64,000 nt of DNA, from positions 148 through 64,147 of the forward strand of contig CAMCQR010000002.1 of assembly GCA_945877115.1 (NCBI GenBank), read 5' to 3'. The notes under the pieces were generated by a model, which ran no database searches, had not been told where the DNA came from, and saw nothing but the letters and a program-made list of their open reading frames with translations. This document shows, in pieces, positions 10,290 to 20,219 of the stretch (position 1 is its first letter; each line of letters starts with the position of its first letter). The stretch is from Synechococcus sp. UW140 (GTDB lineage: Bacteria; Cyanobacteriota; Cyanobacteriia; PCC-6307; Cyanobiaceae). Made by a program: the position numbers and the translations under genes.

Positions 10290-11704
10290 CCACGCTATTG
10301 CTGCTATTTTTGTTTTCAGGACTGCTGCTTTCCCTGCTGAGTGAAGATTGGAAGTCAGGACTGCTATGGACATTTGCCATAGGTTTTTGCCAGGATCCGA
10401 TCCGCAAGTTGACGCCTGGCCAGCCAAGCACGATGGTCGGTTTTGTTCTGATAGGCTTTTTAATGTGCGCTTTTTCTGTTTATCAAATACGGCGTAAATT
10501 TGATCTTAAATATCTTTTTTGGACATCTCCGCAGCTCTTTGATCTTGTTCCATTTTTTGTACTTTTACTATTTGCTCAATCAGTCAATTCATATTTAAGA
10601 TTTTCAAGCCTACCCCTTGTCTTGATAGGGCTTGCTTTTTATGTGGCGCCCGCTATTGCCCTGTGGATGGGATTTCATGTTGGCCGGGACCCATCTGAAA
10701 TGCGTCGAGTTATCCTTGCCTATTTTATTTTTAATTGTTTTTTCGCCCTTACTGTTCTGCTCGATTTTCAAGGGGTTGATATCCCAGCTTTTGAGGAGGT
10801 GGGTTCGGGTATCCTGATCACATTTGAGGGTGGTTCCAAATCAGGTGCTTCTGGTTTGTGGCGAACCAGTGAAATTGCCTCTTGGCATTTGGCAGCTGCA
10901 GCATGTTTTGGTATAATTTTAACTTTCTCGGAGCGTAAAACAATCTTGCAAATTCTTTATCTATCAGCGGCAGTCGTTTTCTTCATGCTCTCCGTTACTA
11001 CTGGCCGCCGTAAATCTCAGGTTCTGATTGTTGCTTTTCTTGGAATTTATCTCCTGCTTTTTAGTCGTCAAGCAACCTCTGCTTCGCGTGAAAGAATTAT
11101 TATGTCAGTTTTGGGTGCGGCAGGAATTTCTTATGCCTTTGTTTCGTTTTTTTTGATTGATATGCTAGGCTCCAATTTTGAGATTTTTCTTAATCGTGCC
11201 TCTACTTCAGGTGACGATCTTGGCACCCGTCTTCAAAGTCAAGGATTGGATGCCTTTTTCAGAGGTCTTGATGTTGGTAATGGCTTAGGTTTAGGCGTGG
11301 GAGCAGGAACAAACCTGGGCAATTTCAATGCTGGTGCCAACCGCGTCGCCGTACGAAGCCTTGGCTATGTCTCCGAGGGAGGAGGCGGAAGGCTTATTGT
11401 AGAACTTGGCATACCTGGTCTTTTTTTGATTGGCTGGATTCTCTTGGCCTCTTTGCAATTACTTTGGCGTAATTTTAGGTTTATGAGTTCTCTCCCCTCC
11501 GAAGAAAATGCTCTTTTTATCGGCTGCCTCGCATTTGGAGTGGCCAATCTGTTATTTTTCTTTTCGGCGGCTCAGCTGTATAGCGACCCGTTTATTCTTA
11601 TTGTTCTAGGTATTTCAATTGGGCCAATATTAGCCATACCCGTGCTCGTATATAGTAGGATGCAGCATCAAAATTCAAGATCTTCATCGGCACGGGTTTC
11701 GTAG
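10286..11704 (+). CDS. Wzy-like polysaccharide polymerase / O-antigen ligase-family multi-pass membrane protein
   Basis: About 11-12 hydrophobic segments with a periplasmic loop ending GLGLGVG...EGGGGRLIVELGIPG. The ATG at 10286 overlaps the upstream TGA (ATGA). Confidence 0.65.
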   Translation: MTTLLLLFLFSGLLLSLLSEDWKSGLLWTFAIGFCQDPIRKLTPGQPSTMVGFVLIGFLMCAFSVYQIRRKFDLKYLFWTSPQLFDLVPFFVLLLFAQSVNSYLRFSSLPLVLIGLAFYVAPAIALWMGFHVGRDPSEMRRVILAYFIFNCFFALTVLLDFQGVDIPAFEEVGSGILITFEGGSKSGASGLWRTSEIASWHLAAAACFGIILTFSERKTILQILYLSAAVVFFMLSVTTGRRKSQVLIVAFLGIYLLLFSRQATSASRERIIMSVLGAAGISYAFVSFFLIDMLGSNFEIFLNRASTSGDDLGTRLQSQGLDAFFRGLDVGNGLGLGVGAGTNLGNFNAGANRVAVRSLGYVSEGGGGRLIVELGIPGLFLIGWILLASLQLLWRNFRFMSSLPSEENALFIGCLAFGVANLLFFFSAAQLYSDPFILIVLGISIGPILAIPVLVYSRMQHQNSRSSSARVS

Positions 11705-12573
11705 TGGGAGATAATTTTGTTATGAAGAATTCCGTGCTGAATTTATCTTCTTCTCTTTCTCTTACGGTTCTTTTGCTTACGTACAATGAGGAAGCAAATA
11801 TCGAGCGAACCTTGGCCGGCCTCCAGTGGGTTTCCTGTATTCTTGCTGTTGATAGTGGCAGTACTGACCGTACTCTTGAGATGCTTGCGGCGACGCCGAC
11901 GGTGACCATTCGGAACCGCCCATTTGACAGCTTTGCGGAACAATGTAACTTTGGACTCGACCTAATCAAGACTGACTGGGTTCTCAGTCTTGATGCAGAT
12001 TATATAGTAACTCAAGCTCTTGCTGAAGAGATCTCTGCCTTCTTGCAAACTCCCAATCCTCAGCATTTTACTGGTTTTGAAATCCCCTTTCTTTATTGTA
12101 TTGCAGGCAAGCCATTGCGAGGCACTTTGTTGCCTCCGCGAATTTGTCTCTATCGAACTGTAGGTGCCAGATATCGCAACGATGGCCATGGGCATCGGAT
12201 TGTTGTGTCTGGAAAGATCGGCCGCTTCCGGCACGCCATCCTTCACGACGACCGCAAGCCCTTGGAGCGTTGGCTGGCCTCACAACAACGTTATTTGACC
12301 CTTGAGACCCTAAAACTTCAGGCCACCCCCTGCAAACAACTGTCCATGGCTGACCGTTTGCGACTGAAAACGCCTTTCGCGCCTCTGGCCGCCCTGGTGC
12401 TATGTCTTATTGTGAAGGGGGGTATTCTCGATGGCTGGCAAGGTTGGACCTATGCGTTTCAGCGTTGTTATGCCGAGATCCTGCTCAAGCTGATGTTGTT
12501 GGAAACCAGGGCAAGACATCGAGTTCCAGATTCCAAGGCCACTGATCTGCTCTTGGGTTTACGCTCGCTTTGA
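11704..12573 (+). CDS. Glycosyltransferase family 2 (WaaE/KdtX-like)
   Basis: LLTYNEEANIER, VDSGSTDRT, WVLSLDADY and ILHDD motifs. Confidence 0.85.
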   Translation: MGDNFVMKNSVLNLSSSLSLTVLLLTYNEEANIERTLAGLQWVSCILAVDSGSTDRTLEMLAATPTVTIRNRPFDSFAEQCNFGLDLIKTDWVLSLDADYIVTQALAEEISAFLQTPNPQHFTGFEIPFLYCIAGKPLRGTLLPPRICLYRTVGARYRNDGHGHRIVVSGKIGRFRHAILHDDRKPLERWLASQQRYLTLETLKLQATPCKQLSMADRLRLKTPFAPLAALVLCLIVKGGILDGWQGWTYAFQRCYAEILLKLMLLETRARHRVPDSKATDLLLGLRSL

Positions 12574-12576
12574 TTG

Positions 12577-12604
12577 CCGGATCAGGATGTCAATTCTGAT
12601 CCGG
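12577..12604. other. Intercistronic stem-loop (12-bp stem with one G-U pair, GTCA loop), no U-tract
   Basis: CCGGATCAGGAT-GTCA-ATTCTGATCCGG begins 3 nt after the GT2 stop. Confidence 0.6.
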
Positions 12605-12642
12605 TCCTGAGCTCCATCTCCCCCGTCCTTCGTTACTGATCG

Positions 12643-13677
12643 ATGCCTTCGATCCTGATCACCGGCGGCGCCGGCTTCATCGGCGTCAACTCTGCCCTTC
12701 ATTTCGCCGCACTTGGTTGGGATGTGGCCGTCCTCGATAATCTCTCCCGCCGAGGCACGGACCAAAACCTGCAATGGCTTCTCGCCCAACATCCTGCTAC
12801 TGCCTTTCATCGCGTCGACATTCGCGATTCCGGGGCTATCGCCACTGTGGTGAGAGAGATGCAGCCCTCCATGCTTCTGCACCTTGCAGCCCAGGTTGCT
12901 GTGACCACTTCTTACACCGATCCGCGCGAAGATTTCGAGATTAATGCACTGGGCAGCTTCAATGTTATGGAGGCTATCCGTCTCCATGCGCCAGAGTGCT
13001 TTGTTGTGTATGCCTCGACCAATAAGGTTTACGGTGGTATGGAATCCGTGCCTGTGCAGCTCGGTGAACATGGTTACTCTTTCCGTGATTTGCCCTTCGG
13101 CGTTCCAGAGACGCAACCCCTTGATTTCCACTCACCCTACGGATGTTCGAAGGGTGTTGCCGATCAATACACGATTGATTACGCCCGCATTTACGATCTG
13201 CGAACCTGTGCCTTCCGCCAGTCATGTATTTACGGCCAACGCCAGTTTGGCATTGAGGATCAAGGCTGGGTGGCCTGGTTCAGTATCGCCTCCCTGCTGG
13301 GTCGTCCCATCACGTTGTACGGCGATGGCTGGCAGACCCGGGATGTTCTAAACGTAAGGGATTTGGCCCGTGCCTATCAGGCCGCTTGGGACCATCAAGG
13401 TGAGATCAGTGGTCAGGCCTTCAACATTGGTGGCGGAGCTTCCAACACCCTTTGCCTGCGAGATTTGCTCAGCTTCCTGGAAGAGGAGCTCAACATCAGC
13501 ATCAACCCCCTTTCCGGCGCTTCCCGTCCTGGCGACCAACCGGTATTCGTCTGTGATATCCGCAAGGCCCAGAGCCAGCTTCAATGGAGCCCCCAGATCG
13601 GTGTCAGCGACGGTGTTCGCGACTTGATCCGCTGGGTGCGCGACAACAGGGAGCTGTTTTCCTGGTTGAACTCGTGA
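12643..13677 (+). CDS. rfbE: CDP-paratose 2-epimerase (tyvelose epimerase)-like NAD-dependent SDR
   Basis: ITGGAGFIG, AAQVAVTTS, STNKVYG, FHSPYGCSKG (YxxxK) and RQFGIEDQGWVAWF, all characteristic of RfbE. Confidence 0.8.
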   Translation: MPSILITGGAGFIGVNSALHFAALGWDVAVLDNLSRRGTDQNLQWLLAQHPATAFHRVDIRDSGAIATVVREMQPSMLLHLAAQVAVTTSYTDPREDFEINALGSFNVMEAIRLHAPECFVVYASTNKVYGGMESVPVQLGEHGYSFRDLPFGVPETQPLDFHSPYGCSKGVADQYTIDYARIYDLRTCAFRQSCIYGQRQFGIEDQGWVAWFSIASLLGRPITLYGDGWQTRDVLNVRDLARAYQAAWDHQGEISGQAFNIGGGASNTLCLRDLLSFLEEELNISINPLSGASRPGDQPVFVCDIRKAQSQLQWSPQIGVSDGVRDLIRWVRDNRELFSWLNS

Positions 13678-14954
13678 TGCCCAACCTGGAGTCCCTCGTT
13701 GTGGAACCCAGTATTAGAGATCAGTACGGCCCTGTCCCTGATCGGCCCAGGGCCTTGATCAGCACCATTGAGCCCATCGATGGCGGCGTTCCCACCATGA
13801 CCCTTTGCATGGCACGCATTGTGGCGGAACTCGGCATCGAACCCGTCTTTGCCTGGTACGAACCCTGGAGTCGTCAACCGGCCCTTTCCGTACCGTTTTA
13901 CGGTCTGGCCAGCGGTCGACGGCCAGGCTCGCTGCCCCGGTCGGTCTACGAAGGTCATCAAGGCCATGGACTGGGGGCCTGGCTACCAGAGCTTGAATTC
14001 ACCCACTACCTGCCAAGACGTCATTGGCGCACCTTGATCGACAGTTGCAGTTTTCATCTGAGCGTCACCGGCAACCCCCTCTGCGCAGCCCCCTATGCTC
14101 GGCTAGGTCTGCCTTTCCTGGCTTGGGTGGCGACGCCTTGGGAAGCTGATCGTAGTCAGCGCGTTCAGGGTTTTTCCCTGCCGCGGCGCCTTCTGGATCG
14201 GGGTCTTAATGGTCCCGTGTTGCGGCGTCTCGAACGCCAGATCCTCAGGGCCCCCGGCGGCCGCATTCTGGCCCTTAGTCCCTATACCTCCAGAGCCCTG
14301 GAAACCATTGCCGGCCGTCCGATGGAGGGGGTCTTGTTGATGCCCGTCGACCCCTCCGTCTTTTTTCCAGCCTCGGAGCGCCTCCAGCCCTGGAAGGTGG
14401 GTTTCGCGGGCCGCTATGCCGATCCCCGTAAGAACATCGATCTCCTTCTTGATGCCGTCCAGACTTTGGTGGCCGCCGGGCGTCCCGTCCAATTGGATCT
14501 TGTGGGTGAGATGGACACCACTGTTCTGCAGGAGCGTCTGCAAAAACGGGGCTTGACTGAGGTAACCCGTTGTCTGCCCACGTTGAGTCGCCAGGCGTTG
14601 GCGCCGGTGCTTCAGGGGTTTGATGTGTTCGTCATTCCCTCCCATCAGGAGGGTCTTTGCATCGCCGCCCTCGAAGCTATGGCCTGTGGCGTACCCGTGA
14701 TCAGCACCCGCTGCGGCGGCCCCGAAGACTATGTGCAGCCAGGAATCAATGGCGATCTGGTGGACAGGGACCCGGTTGCCATGGCGGCGGCGATCACGAC
14801 GATGTGTTCGAATCGTGCCCATCGCCAGGCCTGTGGCGCAGCGGCTGCTGCCTGGGTCGAAACCAACGCCAGTGTCAATGCCGCGCGCCGGATCGTCACG
14901 GAGCAGTTAGCTGCCATGGATCCCACTTCTTTCTCGGTTTCGGGGGCCGCTTGA
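13677..14954 (+). CDS. Glycosyltransferase family 4
   Basis: FAGRYADPRKNID and IPSHQEGLCIAALEAMACG motifs. The ATG at 13677 overlaps the upstream TGA (TGATG). Confidence 0.85.
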   Translation: MPNLESLVVEPSIRDQYGPVPDRPRALISTIEPIDGGVPTMTLCMARIVAELGIEPVFAWYEPWSRQPALSVPFYGLASGRRPGSLPRSVYEGHQGHGLGAWLPELEFTHYLPRRHWRTLIDSCSFHLSVTGNPLCAAPYARLGLPFLAWVATPWEADRSQRVQGFSLPRRLLDRGLNGPVLRRLERQILRAPGGRILALSPYTSRALETIAGRPMEGVLLMPVDPSVFFPASERLQPWKVGFAGRYADPRKNIDLLLDAVQTLVAAGRPVQLDLVGEMDTTVLQERLQKRGLTEVTRCLPTLSRQALAPVLQGFDVFVIPSHQEGLCIAALEAMACGVPVISTRCGGPEDYVQPGINGDLVDRDPVAMAAAITTMCSNRAHRQACGAAAAAWVETNASVNAARRIVTEQLAAMDPTSFSVSGAA

Positions 14955-16757
14955 ATGTGCGGGATTGCTGGATTACTTGGCCGTTCCCCCGCTGGATTCG
15001 CCGAACGGGTTCGCCCCCACCTCGACCATCGCGGTCCTGATGATTCCGGACTCTGGCGTGACGGGTCCGCCTGCCTGGTCCAGACCCGGCTAGCCATTCT
15101 GGATTTATCCCCGGCGGGCCACCAGCCCATGGCCTCCGCCTGCGGTCGCTGGTGGTTGGTGTTCAACGGCGAGATTTACAACCATCAGGAGCTGCGCCAG
15201 CGACTTTTACAGGCGGGGGAGCGTTTCCATGGCAATGGGGACACAGAAGTTTTGCTGGCCTGGATGATCCGCTATGGCATTGACGGTTTGCGTGATCTCA
15301 GGGGCATGTATGGCTTCTGTCTTTACGACACCCAGGAGCGCCGTGCCCTGCTGGCCCGGGATCCCCATGGCATCAAGCCCATTTATTACTGGCATGGTCC
15401 TGCGGGCGAACTGGCTTTTGCTTCAGAACTGCGTGCGCTGCTGGCCAGTGATCTGATGCCCCGCCGGCTGGATCAGGCGGCGCTGGCGGGCTTTCTCAGT
15501 GCGGGCTCTGTGGCGGAACCAGCCACCCTGGTGGAGGGGGTCTCTCGCCTGCCCGCCGGTGCCGTGGCCCAATGGCACAACGGTTCCCTGCGGGTCCATC
15601 CCTTCGGTCCTTTGCCCGAAAGTCAGCCCGCCCCCCGCGGGGACTGGACCCAGGCGGAGGCTGGGGCCCTGGCCCGATCCGCCCTGGAGGATTCCGTCGC
15701 CGCCCACATGGTCAGCGATGTGCCTGTTGGGCTGTTCCTGAGTGGGGGTTTGGATTCTGCTGCGATCCTTGCCCTCGCCCCACGCGGGCTGCATACCTTC
15801 ACGATCGGATTTGACGATGCCGGCGCCGCCGGTTTCGATGAATCCGAGCCTGCGGCCCGCATCTCGTCCCATTTCGGCGGCGAGCACACGCTGCTCACGC
15901 TCTCGGCTAGCCAGGCGAGGGATTGGTTGCCCGAATTCCTGGCCAGCCAGGATCAGCCCTCCCTCGATGGCTACAACACCTGGTGTGTTTCCCGTCTGGC
16001 CCACGAGCAAGGGTTGAAGGTGGCCCTCTCCGGCCTGGGTGGCGATGAATTGTTTGGAGGCTATCCCAGTTTTCGGGTGGTTCCCCGATTGCGGCGTTGG
16101 CGTCGTCGCCTGGGCCCGGCGGGCCCGCTGGGGGCGGCGGTGCTGCGCCACGGGCCAGGCGGCCATCAACACCGACGTCAACGCCTGGCGGACCTGCTGG
16201 AGTCGCCTGCGTCCATGGCTCGGGCCTACCGCTGTGTGCGGTCCCTTTTCACCTCGCGGGAGGTCAACCAGTTGCTGACTTACTGGGGGCTCCAGCCGGG
16301 AGGTGCCGGGGCGGCGACGGCGCTGCAGGAGCCGCCACCTGGTTCGGATCGTGATGCGGTGGCCTGGCTGGAGGGCACCCGCTACCTCCGCAACCAGCTC
16401 CTGCCCGACAGCGATGTCATGGCGATGGCAGCGGCCCTGGAACTGCGTCTGCCCTTTGTGGATGCTCGTCTTCAGACCGCCCTGGCTCCCATCCCCGCCT
16501 CGCTGCGGTTAGCCCCAGGTAAGGGACTGTTGCAGCAAGCGGTGCCGGAATTGCCCGAATGGTTCAGGCAGCGGCCCAAACAGGGTTTCCGCTTCCCGTT
16601 TCAGTTGTGGCTCGATGATCCATCGTCCCGGCTTACTCTGCGCCTGCCAGGCACCCCGGCTGGACTGGACCTTGCGCCCTGGTACCGCCGCTGGAGCCTG
16701 ATGGTGCTCGAGCAGTGGCTCCGCCAACACCTCGCGATCGAACTGCCCTTGTCATGA
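14955..16757 (+). CDS. asnB: AsnB-like glutamine-dependent amidotransferase (polysaccharide-associated)
   Basis: N-terminal MCGIAG (Ntn Cys), HRGPDDSG, FNGEIYNH, LSGGLDS and SGLGGDELFGGY motifs. Confidence 0.9.
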   Translation: MCGIAGLLGRSPAGFAERVRPHLDHRGPDDSGLWRDGSACLVQTRLAILDLSPAGHQPMASACGRWWLVFNGEIYNHQELRQRLLQAGERFHGNGDTEVLLAWMIRYGIDGLRDLRGMYGFCLYDTQERRALLARDPHGIKPIYYWHGPAGELAFASELRALLASDLMPRRLDQAALAGFLSAGSVAEPATLVEGVSRLPAGAVAQWHNGSLRVHPFGPLPESQPAPRGDWTQAEAGALARSALEDSVAAHMVSDVPVGLFLSGGLDSAAILALAPRGLHTFTIGFDDAGAAGFDESEPAARISSHFGGEHTLLTLSASQARDWLPEFLASQDQPSLDGYNTWCVSRLAHEQGLKVALSGLGGDELFGGYPSFRVVPRLRRWRRRLGPAGPLGAAVLRHGPGGHQHRRQRLADLLESPASMARAYRCVRSLFTSREVNQLLTYWGLQPGGAGAATALQEPPPGSDRDAVAWLEGTRYLRNQLLPDSDVMAMAAALELRLPFVDARLQTALAPIPASLRLAPGKGLLQQAVPELPEWFRQRPKQGFRFPFQLWLDDPSSRLTLRLPGTPAGLDLAPWYRRWSLMVLEQWLRQHLAIELPLS

Positions 16758-18505
16758 CCCTGATTCTCGGAATCAATGCTTTCCACGCCGATGCGGCCGC
16801 CGCTTTGATCCGTGATGGAGAGATCCTGGGCGCGGCCGAGGAGGAGCGCTTCCGTCGGATCAAACATTGGGCGGGCTTCCCCAGCGAGGCCATCCGTTGG
16901 TGTCTGGAGGATGGGGGCTTGCGCCTGGAAGATGTCGATCACATTGCCATCAATTCCTTCCCGGGTGCCCATCGTTGGCGCAAGATCGCCTACACGTTGG
17001 CCAGCCGTCCCGATCCCCGCTTCCTCTGGAGCCGCTGGCGCAATAAACGTGAACGGTCGGGTCTGGCCCAGCAACTCGCCTCCGCATTTCCCGGTCAGCC
17101 CTTGCGCGCCGAACTCCATTTTGTCGAACATCACCGTGCCCACCTAGCTTCGGCCTATTACGCCTCCTCTTTTCAAGAGGCATCAGTGGTTTCGGTGGAT
17201 GGTTTCGGAGATTTTGCCAGCGGGGCCTGGGGTTATGGTAAAGGTACTGAATTAACCATTGACGGCCAGATTTATTTCCCCCATTCCTTGGGTGCTTTCT
17301 ATACTGCAATTACTCAGTTTTTGGGTTTTCCCCATTACGGTGATGAATATAAGGTCATGGGTCTTGCCCCCTACGGCCAGCCCGGTTGGCTGCCCCAGAT
17401 GAGGAAGTTGGTGCGGTTGCAAGACGACGGTACCTACAACCTCGACCTGACCTACTTCCAGCATGCTGGCCAGAATCTTCCCCACCAGTGGAGCCATGGC
17501 ATTCCTGAGGTGGGCCGCCATTGGAGCCCTGCCCTGGAGACTCTGTTGGGACCTGCCCGTCAACCTGACGAGCCCCTCGATCAACGTCATAAGGACATCG
17601 CCCGGTCGGCGCAAGCGATGTACGAAGAAGCGTTTTTCCACCTCCTGCGGGCGCTGCATCGCCTCCATCCCAGCGACAATCTCTGTATCGCCGGTGGTTG
17701 TGGGGCGAATTCGGTGGCCAATGGCAAGGTGACCGTGGCCACTCCCTTCCGCCAGGTGTACGTGCAGGCGGCCGCCGGGGACGCAGGTGGGGCCCTTGGG
17801 GCGGCTCTTGAGGTGTGGAATCGCCAGGGCCATGCCCGCAGCCGCTCGATGGCCACGGCCTACCTGGGCAGTCGCCCTACCCCTGGGGCCATCGAGACGC
17901 TGTTGGCGGACCCCGCCTCCAGGACTGCCCTGGATTCGGCGGGCTGTTCCCTCCAGACCCTCTCCGATCGGGAGATTTGCTCGGAAGTGGCTGTGGCCAT
18001 CAGCGAGGGACTGGTGATCGGCTGGTTCCAAGGCCGGATGGAATGGGGCCCCAGGGCCCTGGGTCACCGCTCGATCCTGGGGGATCCACGCCGGGCCGAC
18101 ATGAAGGACATCCTTAATCTGAAGATCAAACGGCGCGAGTCCTTCCGCCCCTTTGCCCCCTCCGTCCTTCGGGAAGCGGTTTCGGATTGGTTCACTCTGG
18201 ACGGCGATGTGCCATTCATGATGCAGGTGTATCCCATCCAGGAGGACAAGCGTCCCCTGATCCCTGCTGTCACCCATGTCGACGGCACGGGACGCTTGCA
18301 GACAGTGACCGAGGCTGATAACGGCCGCTATTACCGCTTGATTCGCGCCTTCCGTGATCTCACGGGAGTTCCGATGGTCCTGAATACCTCGTTTAATGAA
18401 AATGAGCCGATAGTCTGTACTCCTTCCCAGGCCCTCGATTGTTTTCTGCGTACCAAAATGGATCTTCTGGTCCTCGATGATGTCCTGATTCGCCGGCGGG
18501 GCTGA
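16754..18505 (+). CDS. Carbamoyltransferase, NodU/CmcH family
   Basis: ILGINAFHADAAAA, EHHRAHLASA, GEYKVMGLAPYG-type motif (DEYKVMGLAPYG), GRMEWGPRALGHRSIL, KRRESFRPFAP and LNTSFN. The ATG at 16754 gives an ATGA overlap. Confidence 0.92.
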   Translation: MTLILGINAFHADAAAALIRDGEILGAAEEERFRRIKHWAGFPSEAIRWCLEDGGLRLEDVDHIAINSFPGAHRWRKIAYTLASRPDPRFLWSRWRNKRERSGLAQQLASAFPGQPLRAELHFVEHHRAHLASAYYASSFQEASVVSVDGFGDFASGAWGYGKGTELTIDGQIYFPHSLGAFYTAITQFLGFPHYGDEYKVMGLAPYGQPGWLPQMRKLVRLQDDGTYNLDLTYFQHAGQNLPHQWSHGIPEVGRHWSPALETLLGPARQPDEPLDQRHKDIARSAQAMYEEAFFHLLRALHRLHPSDNLCIAGGCGANSVANGKVTVATPFRQVYVQAAAGDAGGALGAALEVWNRQGHARSRSMATAYLGSRPTPGAIETLLADPASRTALDSAGCSLQTLSDREICSEVAVAISEGLVIGWFQGRMEWGPRALGHRSILGDPRRADMKDILNLKIKRRESFRPFAPSVLREAVSDWFTLDGDVPFMMQVYPIQEDKRPLIPAVTHVDGTGRLQTVTEADNGRYYRLIRAFRDLTGVPMVLNTSFNENEPIVCTPSQALDCFLRTKMDLLVLDDVLIRRRG

Positions 18506-19329
18506 TGGTTTCGCCTTCCGGATTCCCCCCTCCGGCGATTGTCGTCGTGGTACCCACCCTCGATTCCTATGCTTTGCTGCCCCGGTTGGTTTCCTCTCTC
18601 CAGCAGCAAACCTGGCCCCATTGGAGCGTTATGTTTGTCGATGGTCCCAGTCAGCCAGCTCACCGCCGCTGGATTGATAATCTCTGTGGGTGTGATCCCC
18701 GCTTCCAATGGCGGCCCCAGGATCCAACCGAGCAGGGCATCTTCGGGGCCATGAATCAAGGCTTCGCCTTGGCGAGCCATGCGGATACCTGGCTGTTGTT
18801 CTGGGGGAGTGATGACTGGGCCGCCTCTCCCCAGGTCTTTGAGATGTTGGCCAGGGGTCTGCGGGGGGCCTGGAGTCGGGGCGCCGATCCCGATCTCCTC
18901 GTCGCCACGGGTCGCTATGTCGAGCCCGGCGATGCTGCCGCTGGAAAAACTACACCAACCCTCAGGCGTCGCAGTATTTTTCGCTGGCGCCACTCCTATC
19001 GCCGCTCCCTTTTTCTGGGCTCCACGCCACCCCATCAAGCCACCCTTATCGGCCCGGGGGCCCGACGTCATCTGGCACGTTATGCCGACGGTTTTCTTCT
19101 GTCTGCAGATCTGGATTACTTTCTTCAACTTTCCCGCTGGCCCGATTTGGAGGTCGAATGCATGGACCTTGAGCTGGTTCACATGCAGTCGGGGGGGGTG
19201 AGCGGGCGCGAATCGCGACGGCGTTTTCAGGAGGTGCGCCGTGCCTACGGCCGGGCTTTTGGTTGGCTTTGGTGGCTGCCCTATGGATTCCGCTATGCCC
19301 AACGGTTGGCCAGCCTGTTCAGCCCATGA
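18505..19329 (+). CDS. Glycosyltransferase family 2 (WcaE-like)
   Basis: VVVPTL, GIFGAMNQG, FWGSDDW, PPHQATL and SADLDYFL motifs. Confidence 0.85.
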   Translation: MVSPSGFPPPAIVVVVPTLDSYALLPRLVSSLQQQTWPHWSVMFVDGPSQPAHRRWIDNLCGCDPRFQWRPQDPTEQGIFGAMNQGFALASHADTWLLFWGSDDWAASPQVFEMLARGLRGAWSRGADPDLLVATGRYVEPGDAAAGKTTPTLRRRSIFRWRHSYRRSLFLGSTPPHQATLIGPGARRHLARYADGFLLSADLDYFLQLSRWPDLEVECMDLELVHMQSGGVSGRESRRRFQEVRRAYGRAFGWLWWLPYGFRYAQRLASLFSP

Positions 19330-20219
19330 GTGATGTTCTGCTCTTCGGTGCTACCAGTCCATCGGGTCTGGCCTTCCTTCAGGGAGCAGGATCCCTGAAG
19401 GTCACGGTGGCTGGCCGGCGACGGCCGCAAGGGTTTGCCGATGGGCCCTTCCAGCTTTGTGATCTGCGGGCGGCCGACTCCCTTGAACACCCACTGGCGG
19501 GAACATTGGTGAGTTTTGCACCCCTGTGGGATCTCGCCCCTTTTCTGGCACGGTTGGCGGAGCAGCATCCGGAGCGGCTGGCCGCAGTCAGGGCGGTGGT
19601 GGCCTGTTCTTCCTCCTCGGTGATCACCAAACGCTTTGCCTTCAACCGCTTCGATCGCGATCTGGTGCAGCGCCTCACCGCTTCCCAGGACCTGCTGATC
19701 CGCACCTGTAAAGATCTGGACCTGCCGTGCAGGATTGTGGCGCCCACTTTGATTTACGGCCAGGTCGGGGCCTACGGCGACCGCAACCTGAGCCAGTTGC
19801 TGCAATGGATGCGTCGATTTCCCTTACTACCCCTACCAGCCGATCCCGGCTTACGCCAACCCATCCATGCCAGTCAATTGGCAGCTGTGGTCCGAACGGT
19901 GGCCATGGACCTGGTTTGCTCACCCGGAACTCCAACGGGTGACGTCATCGCGGTAGGCGGTGATGACACTATTACCTATCACGAATTACTGCTACGTCTC
20001 CAACAACAATGTGACCCGTCTGATCGGGCCCGGTGTTGTCGCCTCGTGACGATACCTGCGTGGTTGTTCCGTGCTGTGGCGTCCCCCCTGCTGGTGGCGG
20101 CTCCCAAAGGCTTTGAAGCGGTGATGCGGATGCAGGTTGATCTTGCCGGCTTCATCCCGGCCCACTGGCTCTTGGGTGAGGATCCGCGGCCATTCCCAGT
20201 GCTGCCTCTTGTGCATTGA
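19326..20219 (+). CDS. Atypical NAD-dependent epimerase/dehydratase (SDR-like)
   Basis: LLFGATSPSG is a degenerate Rossmann motif; PTLIYG and RQPIHASQLA are present. No clear YxxxK. The ATG at 19326 gives an ATGA overlap. Confidence 0.7.
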   Translation: MSDVLLFGATSPSGLAFLQGAGSLKVTVAGRRRPQGFADGPFQLCDLRAADSLEHPLAGTLVSFAPLWDLAPFLARLAEQHPERLAAVRAVVACSSSSVITKRFAFNRFDRDLVQRLTASQDLLIRTCKDLDLPCRIVAPTLIYGQVGAYGDRNLSQLLQWMRRFPLLPLPADPGLRQPIHASQLAAVVRTVAMDLVCSPGTPTGDVIAVGGDDTITYHELLLRLQQQCDPSDRARCCRLVTIPAWLFRAVASPLLVAAPKGFEAVMRMQVDLAGFIPAHWLLGEDPRPFPVLPLVH

